Positions 9,571 to 21,500 of a DNA stretch of 64,000 nucleotides are shown one piece after another. Location of the stretch: the NCBI RefSeq assembly GCF_030028105.1, contig NC_092376.1:170839613-170903612 (forward strand). Direction: 5' to 3'. The first letter of the stretch is position 1, and each line of letters begins with the position of its first letter. This DNA is from Mobula birostris. Its lineage: Eukaryota. A model generated the notes under the pieces. The model worked only from the letters and a program-made list of their open reading frames with translations, made no database searches and was not told where the DNA came from. Position numbers and translations under genes: made by a program.

Positions 9571-12500
9571 GTATGTTGGTTAATGAGTAGAATGGGTTCA
9601 AAAACATAATTTTCTTGTGACTATTTCTTCAGATTTATCACATAATGTTGGAATTGTGTCTGTATATTTCCTGTAAATGCCTGCAAGAAAACAAATCTCA
9701 AGTTAGTATTGGTGACAGATGCATTCTTTGTTAATAAATTTACTTTGAACAGTGATCCTCTTACCCAGAATGCAGCGTAACATGAATTATGTATTAAAAT
9801 TGGTGAGTAACAATATTTGAGTCATTTATTTGGTTAGTTTTGTATAAACGTTGCTGCAGAGTTGGAGGTGATGGGATTGAACTTGTGGTGAGATTTGAGG
9901 AAAATGGCTCTGGTCTGAATATCTAAACTACAGCTCATCTGTGACAAAATCTCTGATTTTGAAATTGGAATGGCAGTGGAGGTGCTCATGCTCAGCAAAA
10001 TTACCCATATTGGCATTGAAGAAAATGTTGAGATTTTGACACATGAACAGCTTTATGTAGAAGTTTGAATCTGCTGTCACTATTTCCCAGCTCTCCCACC
10101 TGGTGATCTGTTTTAAGCCTTCTCCTGTGGAATAATGGGAAATTACTGAACTGATGAAAATATGAATAATTTACAAACGGCTCTAAGATTTAAGACATAA
10201 TTTTTTATTCATATGCTAAGATATATGTAGATCATCAAACTCCAAAACACTAAATTGATATTAAGTTACTGGAACATAATTCCTTCAGATAAACTGAGCA
10301 CAGTTGGTCAGTATTTGACTAACTATCTGTTTGTAGGGAAATGACAATTCTGCCTGGAGCAGTTCAGAGAGTCTGTGGGGAACTGAACCACACATCATGT
10401 GTCTGTTTCCACAGTTGAGGCCGACTCACAGAGTCCTGTAGTGGACAGTGACGTCACCCTCAGCTGTACCATCTCCAGACTCCCAGAGACCGTCAGTCTC
10501 CACTGGAAACCAAGAGGCTCATCTCAGAGGAGCAACAACACTGATCAGATTCACCTGAATAACACCGTCTGTCTGATGGTCCGACATGTTGGAACAGGAG
10601 ATCCCAGTCTGTACACATGGGAAGTGCAGGAAAATGGCTCCATTGTTCTCACTGGAGACACCAATATTGGAGTGGATGACCGTAAGTCCAAAGTTAACTG
10701 ACATTAGGTATGAAATAGTTGTTGATTATAAACTGTTCCACATATTACATAAGAACATAAGAAATAGGAGCAGGAGTAGGCCATCTGATCCGTTGAGCGT
10801 GTTCTGCCATTCATGGCTGATCAGAACATGGACTCATCTCCACCTACCTGTCTTTTCCTCATCACCCTTAATTCCCCTACTATGCAAATATATATCCAAT
10901 CTTGTCTTAAATATATTTACTGAGGTAGCTTCCACTGCTTCATTGGGCAGAGAATTCCACAGATTCACTCTGCTTTGGGAAAAACAGTTCCTCCTCATCT
11001 CCATCCTAAATTTACTCCTGTGAATCTTGAGGCTATGTCCCCTTCTTCTTGTTCCATCTATCAGTGGAAACAACTTTCCTGCCTCTATCTTATCTATCCC
11101 TTTCATAACTTTTTATGTTTCCCTAAGATATCATCTCATACTTCTGAATTCCAGCAAGTACAATCCCAGGCAACTCAATCTCTCCTCATAGTCTAACCCT
11201 GTTATTTCTGTAATCAACTTGGTGAACCTCCTCTGCACTGCCTCCACAGCCACTGTATCATTACTCAAATAAGGAGATCTGAACCATACGCAGTACTCCA
11301 GATGCGGCCTCACCAGTACCCAACGCAGTTGCAGCATAACCTCTCTGCTCTTAAATTCAATCCCTCTAGCAATGAAGGCCAACATTCCATTTGCTTTCTT
11401 GATAGCCCGGTGCACTTGCAAACCAACCTTTTGTGATTCACGCACAAGCACTTCCAAGTCCTTCTGCACAGCAGAATGTTGCAATCTTTTACCATTTAAA
11501 TAATAACCTGGTCTTCCATTTTTCCTTCCAAAGTGGATGACCTTGCATTTACCAACATTGTACTCCATTTTCCAGATCCTTTCCCACTCAATTAATCTAT
11601 CTTTATATCTCTCTGCAGACTCTCCATATCCTCTGCACAATTTGCTTTTCCACTCAATTTAGTGTCATCAGCAAACACGACACTACACTCGATCCCCTCT
11701 TCCAGATCGTTAACCTATATCATGAACAGTTGCTGGCCCAGTACCGACCCCTGTGGCACACTGCTCACCACAGATTCCAGAGAAACACACATGTATTGCA
11801 ACACTCTGCTTCCTATTGCTTAACCAATTCTCTATCCATGCTATTACATCACCCCCAACTCTATGCATCCTTATCTTATGGATAAGTCTTTTATATGGCA
11901 CCTTATCAAACGCCTTCTGGAAACCTAAGTACTTAACTCCATCTGTTCCCCTCTATCTGCTGTGCTTGTTATATCCTCAAAGAACTCCAGTAAGTTTGTC
12001 AAACAGGGCCTGCCTTTGCTGAATCCATGCTGCGTCTGCTTGATGGATCCATCTCTTTCCAGATGCCTTGCTATTTCTCCTTTAATGATAGCTTCAAGTA
12101 TTTTCCCAACTACAGATGTTAATCTAACTGGCCCTATAGTTACCTGCATTTTGCCTACATCCTTTATTGAACAGTGGTGTCTGCAGGGACCTGCCCAGAG
12201 TCCAGAGAATTTTGGTAAGTTATCACCAAGGCCTCAACTATAACCTCTGCCATTTTTTTCAGTACCCTGGGATACATCCCATCAGGACTAGAAGACTTGT
12301 TTATCTTTGGGTCCTCAAGTTTGCTCAGCACTACCTCCTTAGTGATTGTTATTATATCGAGGTCCTCACCTCCCATCACATCGATATAATCTCTCTTTGG
12401 CATGGTAGACTTCTCCTCCACCATGAAACTGACACAAAATAGATATTCAAAGCCTTGGCCATTTCCTCATTACCCAATATCAATTTCCTCTTCTCGTCCT

Positions 12501-15500
12501 CCAAGGGACCTACATTCATTTTGGCCACCCTTTTCATAATCATAGTCATAGCCATAGTCATACTTTATTGATCCCGGGGGAAATTGGTTTTCGTTACAGT
12601 TGCACCATAAATAATGAAATAGTAATAAAACCATAAATAGTTAAATAGTAATATATAAATTATGCCAGGAAATAAGTCCAGGACTAGCCTACTGGCTCAG
12701 GGTGTCCGACCCTCCAGGGGAGGAGTTGTAAAGTTTGATGACCACAAGCAGGAATGACTTCCTATGATGCTCTGTGTTGCATCTCGGTGGAATGAGTCTC
12801 TGGCTGGATGTACTCCTGTGCCCAACCAGTACATTATGTAGTGGATAGGAGACATTGTCCAAGATGGCATGCAACTTGGACAGCATCCTCTTTTCAGACA
12901 CCACCGTCAGAGAGTCCAGTTCCATCCCCACAACATCACTGGCCTTACGAATGAGTTTGTTGATTCTTTTGGTGTCTGCTACACTCAGCCTGCTGCCCCA
13001 GCACACAACAGCAAACATGATCGCGCTGGCCACCACAGACTCGTAGAACATCCTCAGCATCGTCCGGCAGATGTTAAAGGACCTCAATCTCCTCAGGAAA
13101 TAGAGATGGCTCTGACCCTTCTTGTAGACAGCCTCAGTGTTCTTTGACCAGTCCAGTTTATTGTCAATTCGTATCCCCAGGTATTTGTAATCCTCTACCA
13201 TGTCCACACTGACCCCCTGGATGGAAACAGGGGTCACCGGTACCTTAGCTCTCCTCAGGTCTACCACCAGCTCCTTACTCTTTTTCACATTAAGCTGCAG
13301 ATAATTCTGCTCACACCACGTGACAAAGTTTCCTACCGTAGCCCTGTATTCCGCCTCATCTCCCTTGCTAATGCATCCAACTATGGCAGAGCCATCAGAA
13401 AACTTCTGAAGATGACAAGACTCTGTGCAGTTGTTGAAGTCCGAGGTGTAAATTGTGAAGAGAAAGGCAGACAAGCCCACTTTATATAATTATAAAAATG
13501 TTTAATATCCGTTTTTATATTTTCTGCTAGTTTATTTACATAATCTATCTTCTCTTTCTTTATTGCTTGCTTAATGATTCTTTGTTGCTTTTTAAAGTTT
13601 TCCCAATTTTCCAGTTTCCTACTATACTTGGCAACTTTGTACACATGAGCTTTAAGTTTGATGCCTTTCTTTATTTCTTTAGTTATCCATGGCTGACTCT
13701 CCCCACCCTCATTTCACTTGCTTTTAACTGGAATATACGTTTGGTGAGAGCTGTGAAAAATCTCTTTGTTAGTCTTCCACTGTTCTTCAGCCATCCCCCA
13801 ATATAGCCTGGTTCCCAGAACTACCCTATCGAATTCTTCCCTCATCCCATTGTAGTCTCCTTTGTCTAGGCATAATACTGTCATGGTCTGGTCCGTGAAG
13901 TCCGCACTCTGGTTCACGGTCCGGTCCATCGATCCTTATTCCAGGCTTTCCAGTTGTCCCTTGTCCTGTTGTGTGCCTTAATTGTGGCACGTGATTCTTA
14001 TTTTGGGCTGGCTATGTAAACAGCTCCTGGGTTCAGCTTCAGTGGCTGGGAGGCGACTTGGCAGTCGGCTGATGAGTGCTGAGCAGGAACTGGTTCTGGT
14101 CCGAGGGACAACCAACCAAACTGCTGGGGGGTTGTGGGGAACAGTCTGTGGGAATATTGACCGACGGCCTGTATAGCTCCAGAACAATAGTCGTATACGG
14201 TTCCTTGAAAACTCTGATAGGATGGCAGGGAGGGAGAATGATGGTGACAGCAATAGCACGGAGTTTGAGTAGGAAGAGGTTGTGAGAAGGACTAAGAACA
14301 GGAAGGTGAAGGGTCGGAAGAGAATGAAAGGAGTTGGGTCTAGTGTAGGTGGATCGGAAAGTGAGGGAAGAGAAGTTGAGGAGAAGGGCCCGAGGGCAAA
14401 ATTGCTAAATGTAGTGGTAAGATTTGAGGGAGAAGGGGGAGTAAAGAAAATTGATCCACTTAAGCTAACAAAAATCATTAGAGGGTAAGTAGGGGAAGTG
14501 AACCATGCAAGAATTTTAGGCGATGGAAACCTGCTGATAGGATGTAAAACTGAAGAGCAGGTGGAGAAGGCAATGAAGGTGACTACTGTTGGGAAAGTTA
14601 AAGTGTCCAGGGTTGTAAGAGCTGGAGCACAAAGGGTCAATTGGTTGCAAGGAGGTGATATCTGGGTTTCCCCTCAGTGTTAATATGAAGGAGCTAGTGG
14701 AGAACTTGAGGATGAGGAATAGTTCAGTGAAGAGTGTGAAAAGAATGACAAGGGAACAAAAAGGAGACTGAAACTGTTCTGGTAGAATTTGAGGATAAGG
14801 TGCCTCCAAAGGAGTTAAAATTTGGATTTCTAAGATACAGTGTAAGAGAATATATATCAAAACCTATGAGGTGTTTCAATTGCTAGGAGTTTGGGCATGT
14901 GGTCAAAGTGTGCAAAAGAAAGAGAAGATGTGCAAGGTGTGGTGGGGAACACGAATACAGAAAATGTGGAGAGGGAGTGAGACTAAAGTGCTGTAATTGT
15001 GGAGGTAACCATAGTGTAGCGTACTGGGGATGTGAAGTGTTGAGAAAAGAGGTGGAGGTGCAGCAGATAAGAGTGAAGGAAAAAGTCTCATATGCTGAGG
15101 CAGTCATGTTGAAAATGAATGAGGGAGGATGTAGCAAAGAGCAAGCGGCAGCTAAAGGAGGGCAAGATAAGAAGAATGCATGGATAGAGAAGAAGAAATT
15201 GGTGACCTTTATAGCAGGAGTGGTAAATGCAATTTATGAGTTCAAATCTAAAACTGGAAGGATTCAGATTATTGTGAAAGCTGCAGAGCACCATTTGGAT
15301 ATGATAGGATTAAAATGGGAAGAAGTAAACGATGAACTCAGGGTAGAGCCAAGTCAGGAGACAGTATGTGTGGGTTGATATTACTAATAATTTTACTTCT
15401 TCAATTGAATGCAAGAAGCCTGATTGCTAACGGACAAGGTTTCAAGCAGTTTATAGCTAGTAGAAGGGAAAAGCCAGATACTGTGTGTATCCAGGAGACC

Positions 15501-18500
15501 TGGTTAAAAACTAATTTGGATTTTGTTTTGTATGGTTATGTGGCAGTAAGGCGAGACAGGAGAGAGGGGGGAGGAGGAGGATGTGCAACTTATGTAAAGC
15601 AAGGTATTCCTTATAGAATACTAGGTATAGGAAGTGAACAAAAGTATGTGGTAGTAAAAGTATAGGCTGTAAGGAAAGAGTTGGTGATTGTGAATTATTA
15701 TAATCCATGCAAAATACTAGAGTTAAACAAGCTTGAGGGGATAGAAGGGCAGAATAGCAGTAACGTTGTTTGGTGTGGTAATTTTAATGGACATTATGTA
15801 TTATGGAGGAGTGACGGAACAGACATCAATGGTCAGGTAATAGAGGAGTTGCCAGATGAGAAGTATTTAGTGTGCCTAAATGATGGCAGTAGTACTAGAA
15901 TTGATGTTAATACAGGTAAAGAGTCTGTGCTTGATCTTACATTAGTATCAAACTCCATTGCATCAGTGTGTGATTGGTTAGTGTACTAAGAAGGAACTGT
16001 AGGGAGTGATCATTACCCAAGCGGGTGCGAGATAAGTATTTCTGCCTCATTGGTCACAGAGAATACAGGTGGGAAATGGATCCTTGAGAAAGCCAATTGG
16101 GAGAAATTTCTGGAAAAATGTGACAGATGTCTAAGTCAGGTCAGTGATGGAATGGACGTAGAAACACTTGACAGCATATTAAAACAAGGTATAATATCAG
16201 CTGCATTAGAATCCATTCCTTAAAGTAAAGGAAGAACAAAGAAGAGAGTAATACCATGGTGGGATGATAATTGTAAGGAAGCAGTGAGAAATAGAAATAT
16301 GGCACTTAAACTGGTTAAAAGAACTCATAATTTCCAACACATGATTCAGTACAAACAAGCTCAGGCAGTAGTAAGGAGGACAATAAGACATGCTAAAAGG
16401 ATGCACTGGAGAAAGTATTGTGATTCAATTGGAAACACAACTCAGTAGGAGAGGTGTGGGGGATGATAAGAAGGATGGGAGGGGACAGGAGAGAATGGAG
16501 GTACCCAGTTCTGGGTGATGGAAATGTGACTGCAGTAACAAATAAGGAAAAGGCAGAGTTGTTGGCAAACACTTTTGTTGTGGTACATAGTTCTGATAAT
16601 TTGTCTGAGAAGGTAAAAAGAGGTAGAGAGAGAACAAAAGCTGAAAATATGGAGGCTTTATGCAGAAAAACTAACCTTGATGGTGTGCAAGATGTCCCTT
16701 TCAGCATGGGAGAATTAAGAAAGGCACTAGATAAATCAGGAAAGACTGCACCAGGTAAAGATGAAATATGTTATAGTATGATAAAACACTTGAGTGAAGG
16801 AAGTCTGGAGAAACTACTGCTTCTGTATAACAAAGTCTGGGATGAAGGGAGAATACCAGGGAGCTGGAAAGAGGCAATAATTATTCCAATAAGGAAACCT
16901 GGAAAAGATGCCAGCAGGCCAGGAAACTACAGGCCAATTGCCTTGATGTCACATGTATATAAACTTCTGGAACGGATGATAAATGAGAGGTTAGTGTACT
17001 TCTTGGAAAGTAGAGGTATGGTGGCTACAGATCAAAGCGGGTTCAGGAAAGGAAGGAATACTATGGATTCAGTGTTGTGTCTAGAGGATGAAATAAGAAA
17101 AGCTGAAGAAAATAAAGAGACAGTGGTTGCAGTTTTCTTATGTTGAGAAAGCTTATGATATGTTATGGAAATAGGGGCTCCTAATCAAGCTATATTTAAT
17201 GATGATGATGATGATGATTATGAAGACACGTAGTCCTCTTTTTTTGTCATTTAGAAATGCATGCTTTAAGAAATGATACATTATTTCATCCGGTGTGATA
17301 TCACAAAACACAGGACAAACCAATACTGAAAAAACTGACAAAACCACATAATTATAACGTGTAGTTATAAATAGTGTGACAATACCATAATTTGATGAAG
17401 AAGTCCGTGAGCATAGTAAAGTTCAAAGTTTCTCAAATATCCCACATCTCACGCAGACGGGGGAAAGAAGAAAAACTGTCCCTGCCATGCCGACCACAAT
17501 CCGACTCTGAGTCATCCGAAAACTTCGAACTCTGATCAGCTCTCTGACACCGAGTACTGAGCGCCATCTCTGTCTGAATGATTCGACTTCCTTCTCGGTC
17601 GCCAAAAGCAGGCAAGGCCAGGGATTCTGAGGTCTACCCTCCGAAAGATTCCCAACCACACAGTAACGACAGCAGCGGACGGACGTTTCAGAAATTTCGC
17701 CAGATGTTCCTCTGTGCTTTCACGTCCTTTCTCCATCAAATCAGTATTGTCCATGACCCCTATTTAACAGATACGATATAATTTTTCACTGGAGGGCTGC
17801 GCACACGCAGACGCATTGCCATCTTCTCCTTCCGTTAATGGGAATCGGGGGGGGGTGGGGGGGGGCGATGTTCAATTGGGTTAAGGACTATCTGAAAGAG
17901 AGAACTATTCAGGTGAAGATAGGATCAGAGCCATAAAGCCAGTATGTTGTAGAAAACGGGATGCCTCAGGGGAGTGTAGTGAGTCCAACTTTATTCTCCA
18001 TTTTGATAAATGATATATTCGTAAATATTCCACCGGAAGTGGGGAGGTCATTGCTTGCAGATGACGGGGCTTTGTGGAAAAGAGGGAGAAATATTGAACA
18101 TATAGCTACGAAAATGCAAGATGGAATTAATCGGGTTGAAGAGTGGGGGACAAAGTGGGGTGTTAAATTTTCAGTGGAGAAGTCAAAAGCCATGTTCTTT
18201 ACAAGGAAAAATTCAGGGGACTTAATTTGAATCTGTATGGAAGTAACCTGGAGAGAGTTGAAAGTTTTCGGTTTTTGGGAGTCCCCTTTGACTTGAGATT
18301 AACATAGGGAGAACATGTTAGGTATGTAGTTACTGAAGGTTAAAATGTGATAAATGTCATGAGGTATCTTGCTGGATTGGATTGGGGTGCTGATTTTGCA
18401 TCACTGAAGTATATTTATATAGCATTAATAAGATCAAGATTAGACTATGGAAGTATTGTATATGGGTCAGCAAAATCTGTGCTAGCAAAACTGGATATCG

Positions 18501-21500
18501 TGCAAGCTCGGCCCTAAGGGTATGCTTGGGAGTGGTTAGAACTTCCCCAGTGTGTGCACTCCAAGTTGAAGCAAATGAAATGCATAACAGCTGGAGGCCA
18601 ATTACTGGATTAATTTAAGGGGGCATGGTGATAGCCATCCTACAGAAAGGGTGTTGCAGACATGCTGGGAGAAGGAGAGGATGCAAAAAGAAAGTTTTGG
18701 CTGGACAGGAGAGCAAACAGTAAAAGATATGGGTGTATACAATAAAGAGTTTCGTCCAAGTGTAGTGTGGCCTGTCAGACCTTTCTGGGTATTAGAAAAT
18801 CCCTCTGTAGATTTGGAATTGTTTAAGATTAAACACAGTAATAAGACGGCTGATATATTCAGTGAATATCACAGTTATAGGGAATGTAAGTATAAAGAAT
18901 ATAGATTTTTACAGATGGATCAAAGGATCCAGAAACAAGTGCAACGGGGTCTGCAATTGTTGTGCCAAGTTACTAAGTGGAAATTAGCAAGAGAACACCT
19001 GATTGCTTGAGTGTATATGCAGTTGAAATGTTTGCCATATTGTTAGCACTAGAATGGAGTGAGCAGTTTGATTCTAATAATATCGTGATATGTAGAGATT
19101 CCGTGTCGGCCCTTACATGCATTAAGGTAGGTACAGCTAGAGATCACCAGGATCTGCTTTATGAAATCCTGTTTGCAAATTCAAGACTGGCTAGACAAGG
19201 CAAAAATATCACCATCATGCAGGTTCCAGCACATTCGGGTATTATGGGAAATGAGACAGCAGATAGGCTGGCAAAAGCAGCAGTCAAAAAAAGGATCTAT
19301 AAAGGTGAATATTAAACTATCAAAATCAGAGGTGTAGAGCATAGTGTGGAGAAGGATAAATCAACAGTGGCATCAGCACTGGGATAGAACAATAAAAGGA
19401 AGACATTTACATTCAATTCAGAACAGAGTAGATATGGGAAGAAGTAGGGGAGTAAAGCGGAAGGAGCAAATAATTATAAGTAGACTGAGAACTGGGCACA
19501 ACAACCTTAATGGCACTCTGGCCTTCATAAATAAGCATCCAACAGGTTTTTGCGATCTATGTCAGGAGACTGAAACAGTAGAGCATATCCTTATTTCATG
19601 CAGGAAATTTGCACAGGAAAGACAACAAATGTTACAAAAATTACAGAAAATAGGACGGGTAGAGAACAGTGTTAAAGGTTTATTGGAATGTGGGGACAGT
19701 GATTAGGGGAGGAAATGGTCGTTTAGTTTTTTAAGGGCGACGGGACTGGAAAGACAGCTTTAGTGAATGGACAATGAGGGACAATAAATCCTGAAGATGG
19801 CAGTAATGCAACAGTGTGGATCCAACTGCCGTAAAAACTCAAGGAAGAAGAAGAAGAAGCTTCAGTGGCTGGACTGCCCCCTTCCCTTCACCTTCCTCCT
19901 GAAGCCTCACCTGCTACCTTCACCTGATGCCTCGCCTGCTACCTTCGCCTGAAACCTCACCTGCTACCTTCGCCTGAAGCTTTTGCCTGAAGCCTTGCCT
20001 GCTACCTTGTGTCTATGCCTCCACTAGCTAGGTCCGGCCATTAGCCGCTACCTTTTGTTGGGAACAGTCTCTGTGTCCACGTCTTCGCTGGGTAAGTCCG
20101 GCCGTTTGCCGCTACCTTGTGTTGGGAACTGTCTGTCTGTGTTCTGTGTATGAGTCCCGGCCCTATGTCCCATTCCCAAGGAGGGGTCCCGGCTCTGTGT
20201 TCCATGTTCCTGTCTCTCAAGACCAGGGCTCTGTGTTCTGCATTCCTGTCTCCCAAGACCAAAGTTCTGTGTTTTGCGTTCCTGCCTCCCAAGACCATGG
20301 CTCTGAGTTCTGCGTTCCTGCCTCCCAAGACCATGGCACTGTGTTCTATGTCCCTGTCTCCCAAGACCAAGTCAAGGCTTTGGGGTCTCGTCCTGTCCTT
20401 GTGCCTCGTCCAGCCCAGGAGTTCCTCGTCTAGTCCAAGCCACGTCCAAGAACCTCGTCTAGTCCAAGCAAAGGCTTTGTATTCTTGTCCTGTGCAGGAG
20501 TTCCACGTCCAGTCCTGTAGCCATGTCTTGTCCTCGCCTATGTCTGGGGTCCGAGCCCGAGTCAAGACCCAGGTTCCGGGTCCCTGACCAGTCACTGGCT
20601 CGGAATCCTTGTTCAGGTTCCAATTTCCTTGTTCCTCGTCCAGGTCCCGCTTTCCAAGTCTAGTCCCAGCCCAGGCCCTGTATCCTAGCCTTGTCCATGG
20701 CCGGTGCCTCATCCATGGCCGGTGCCTTGTCCAGCGTCGTTTCTTCCCCAATTCCCTTGCTTACTTGACACACCTAGTCTTGTTCCTAGTACCTCAGTGT
20801 CTGTGTCTTGCATTTGAGTCCGCCACCGACGCCAGCCAGCGTATGACAAATACACTGGTTTTAGATCAAACCATTGCACCCTCCATTTGTATGAGGAACT
20901 CGATCATACTGTGATCACTCTTTTCAAGAGGATCCCTCACTATAAGATTGCTAATTTTACCTGTCTCATTGCACAGGACCAGATCCAAGATAGCATGTTC
21001 CCTGGTAGGATCAGTAACATGGCTGCTAAAGGAAGCTTTCACGTATGAATTCTATGAAGTCCTCCTCAACACTGCCTTGACTAAGCTGATTCACTCAATC
21101 TATGTGCAAGTTAAACTCCCTCTGGATAACTGTTGTTCCATTCTTATATGCCTCAGATATTTCTCTGTTTATTGCCTGTGCCACTGTAATGTTATTATTC
21201 GTTGGCCTACAGACAACTCCCACCAGTGATTTTTTTCCCTTAACTATTCCTAATCTCTACCCAGATAGATTCAATATTCTACTCCTTAGATCTTATATCG
21301 CCCTGATTTCATCTTTAATTAAGAGCACTTCCCCACCTCCCTTACCTTCCTGCCCATCCTTCCATGTTACCTGATATCCTTGGGTATTTAATTCCCAATC
21401 CTCTCCACCCCACAACCACATTTCTGTAATTGCCACTAAATTATATGTGTTTGTATTGATTTGTGCCACAAGTTCACTGACCTTTTTATGAAGACTACAG

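Larger units (their letters stand above)
13879..20848 (+). mobile_element. Solo LTR (~1.15 kb) carrying a 5.8-kb Nimb insertion
   Basis: TGTCA...TGACA termini, 5-bp TSD aatac (13874-13878 and 20849-20853). Homologous ends to 27269-28471 and 37227-38603. Confidence 0.85.

Noticed and set aside
13978-14640. 220-aa minus-strand ORF
   Set aside because: Antisense to the purine-rich Nimb ORF1, compositionally biased, with no domain motifs.
20041-20751. 236-aa ORF, and a CRISPR-like look of the 36-bp repeats
   Set aside because: The units are head-to-tail with no unique spacers, inside a eukaryotic solo LTR. The ORFs on both strands are by-products of the repeat.
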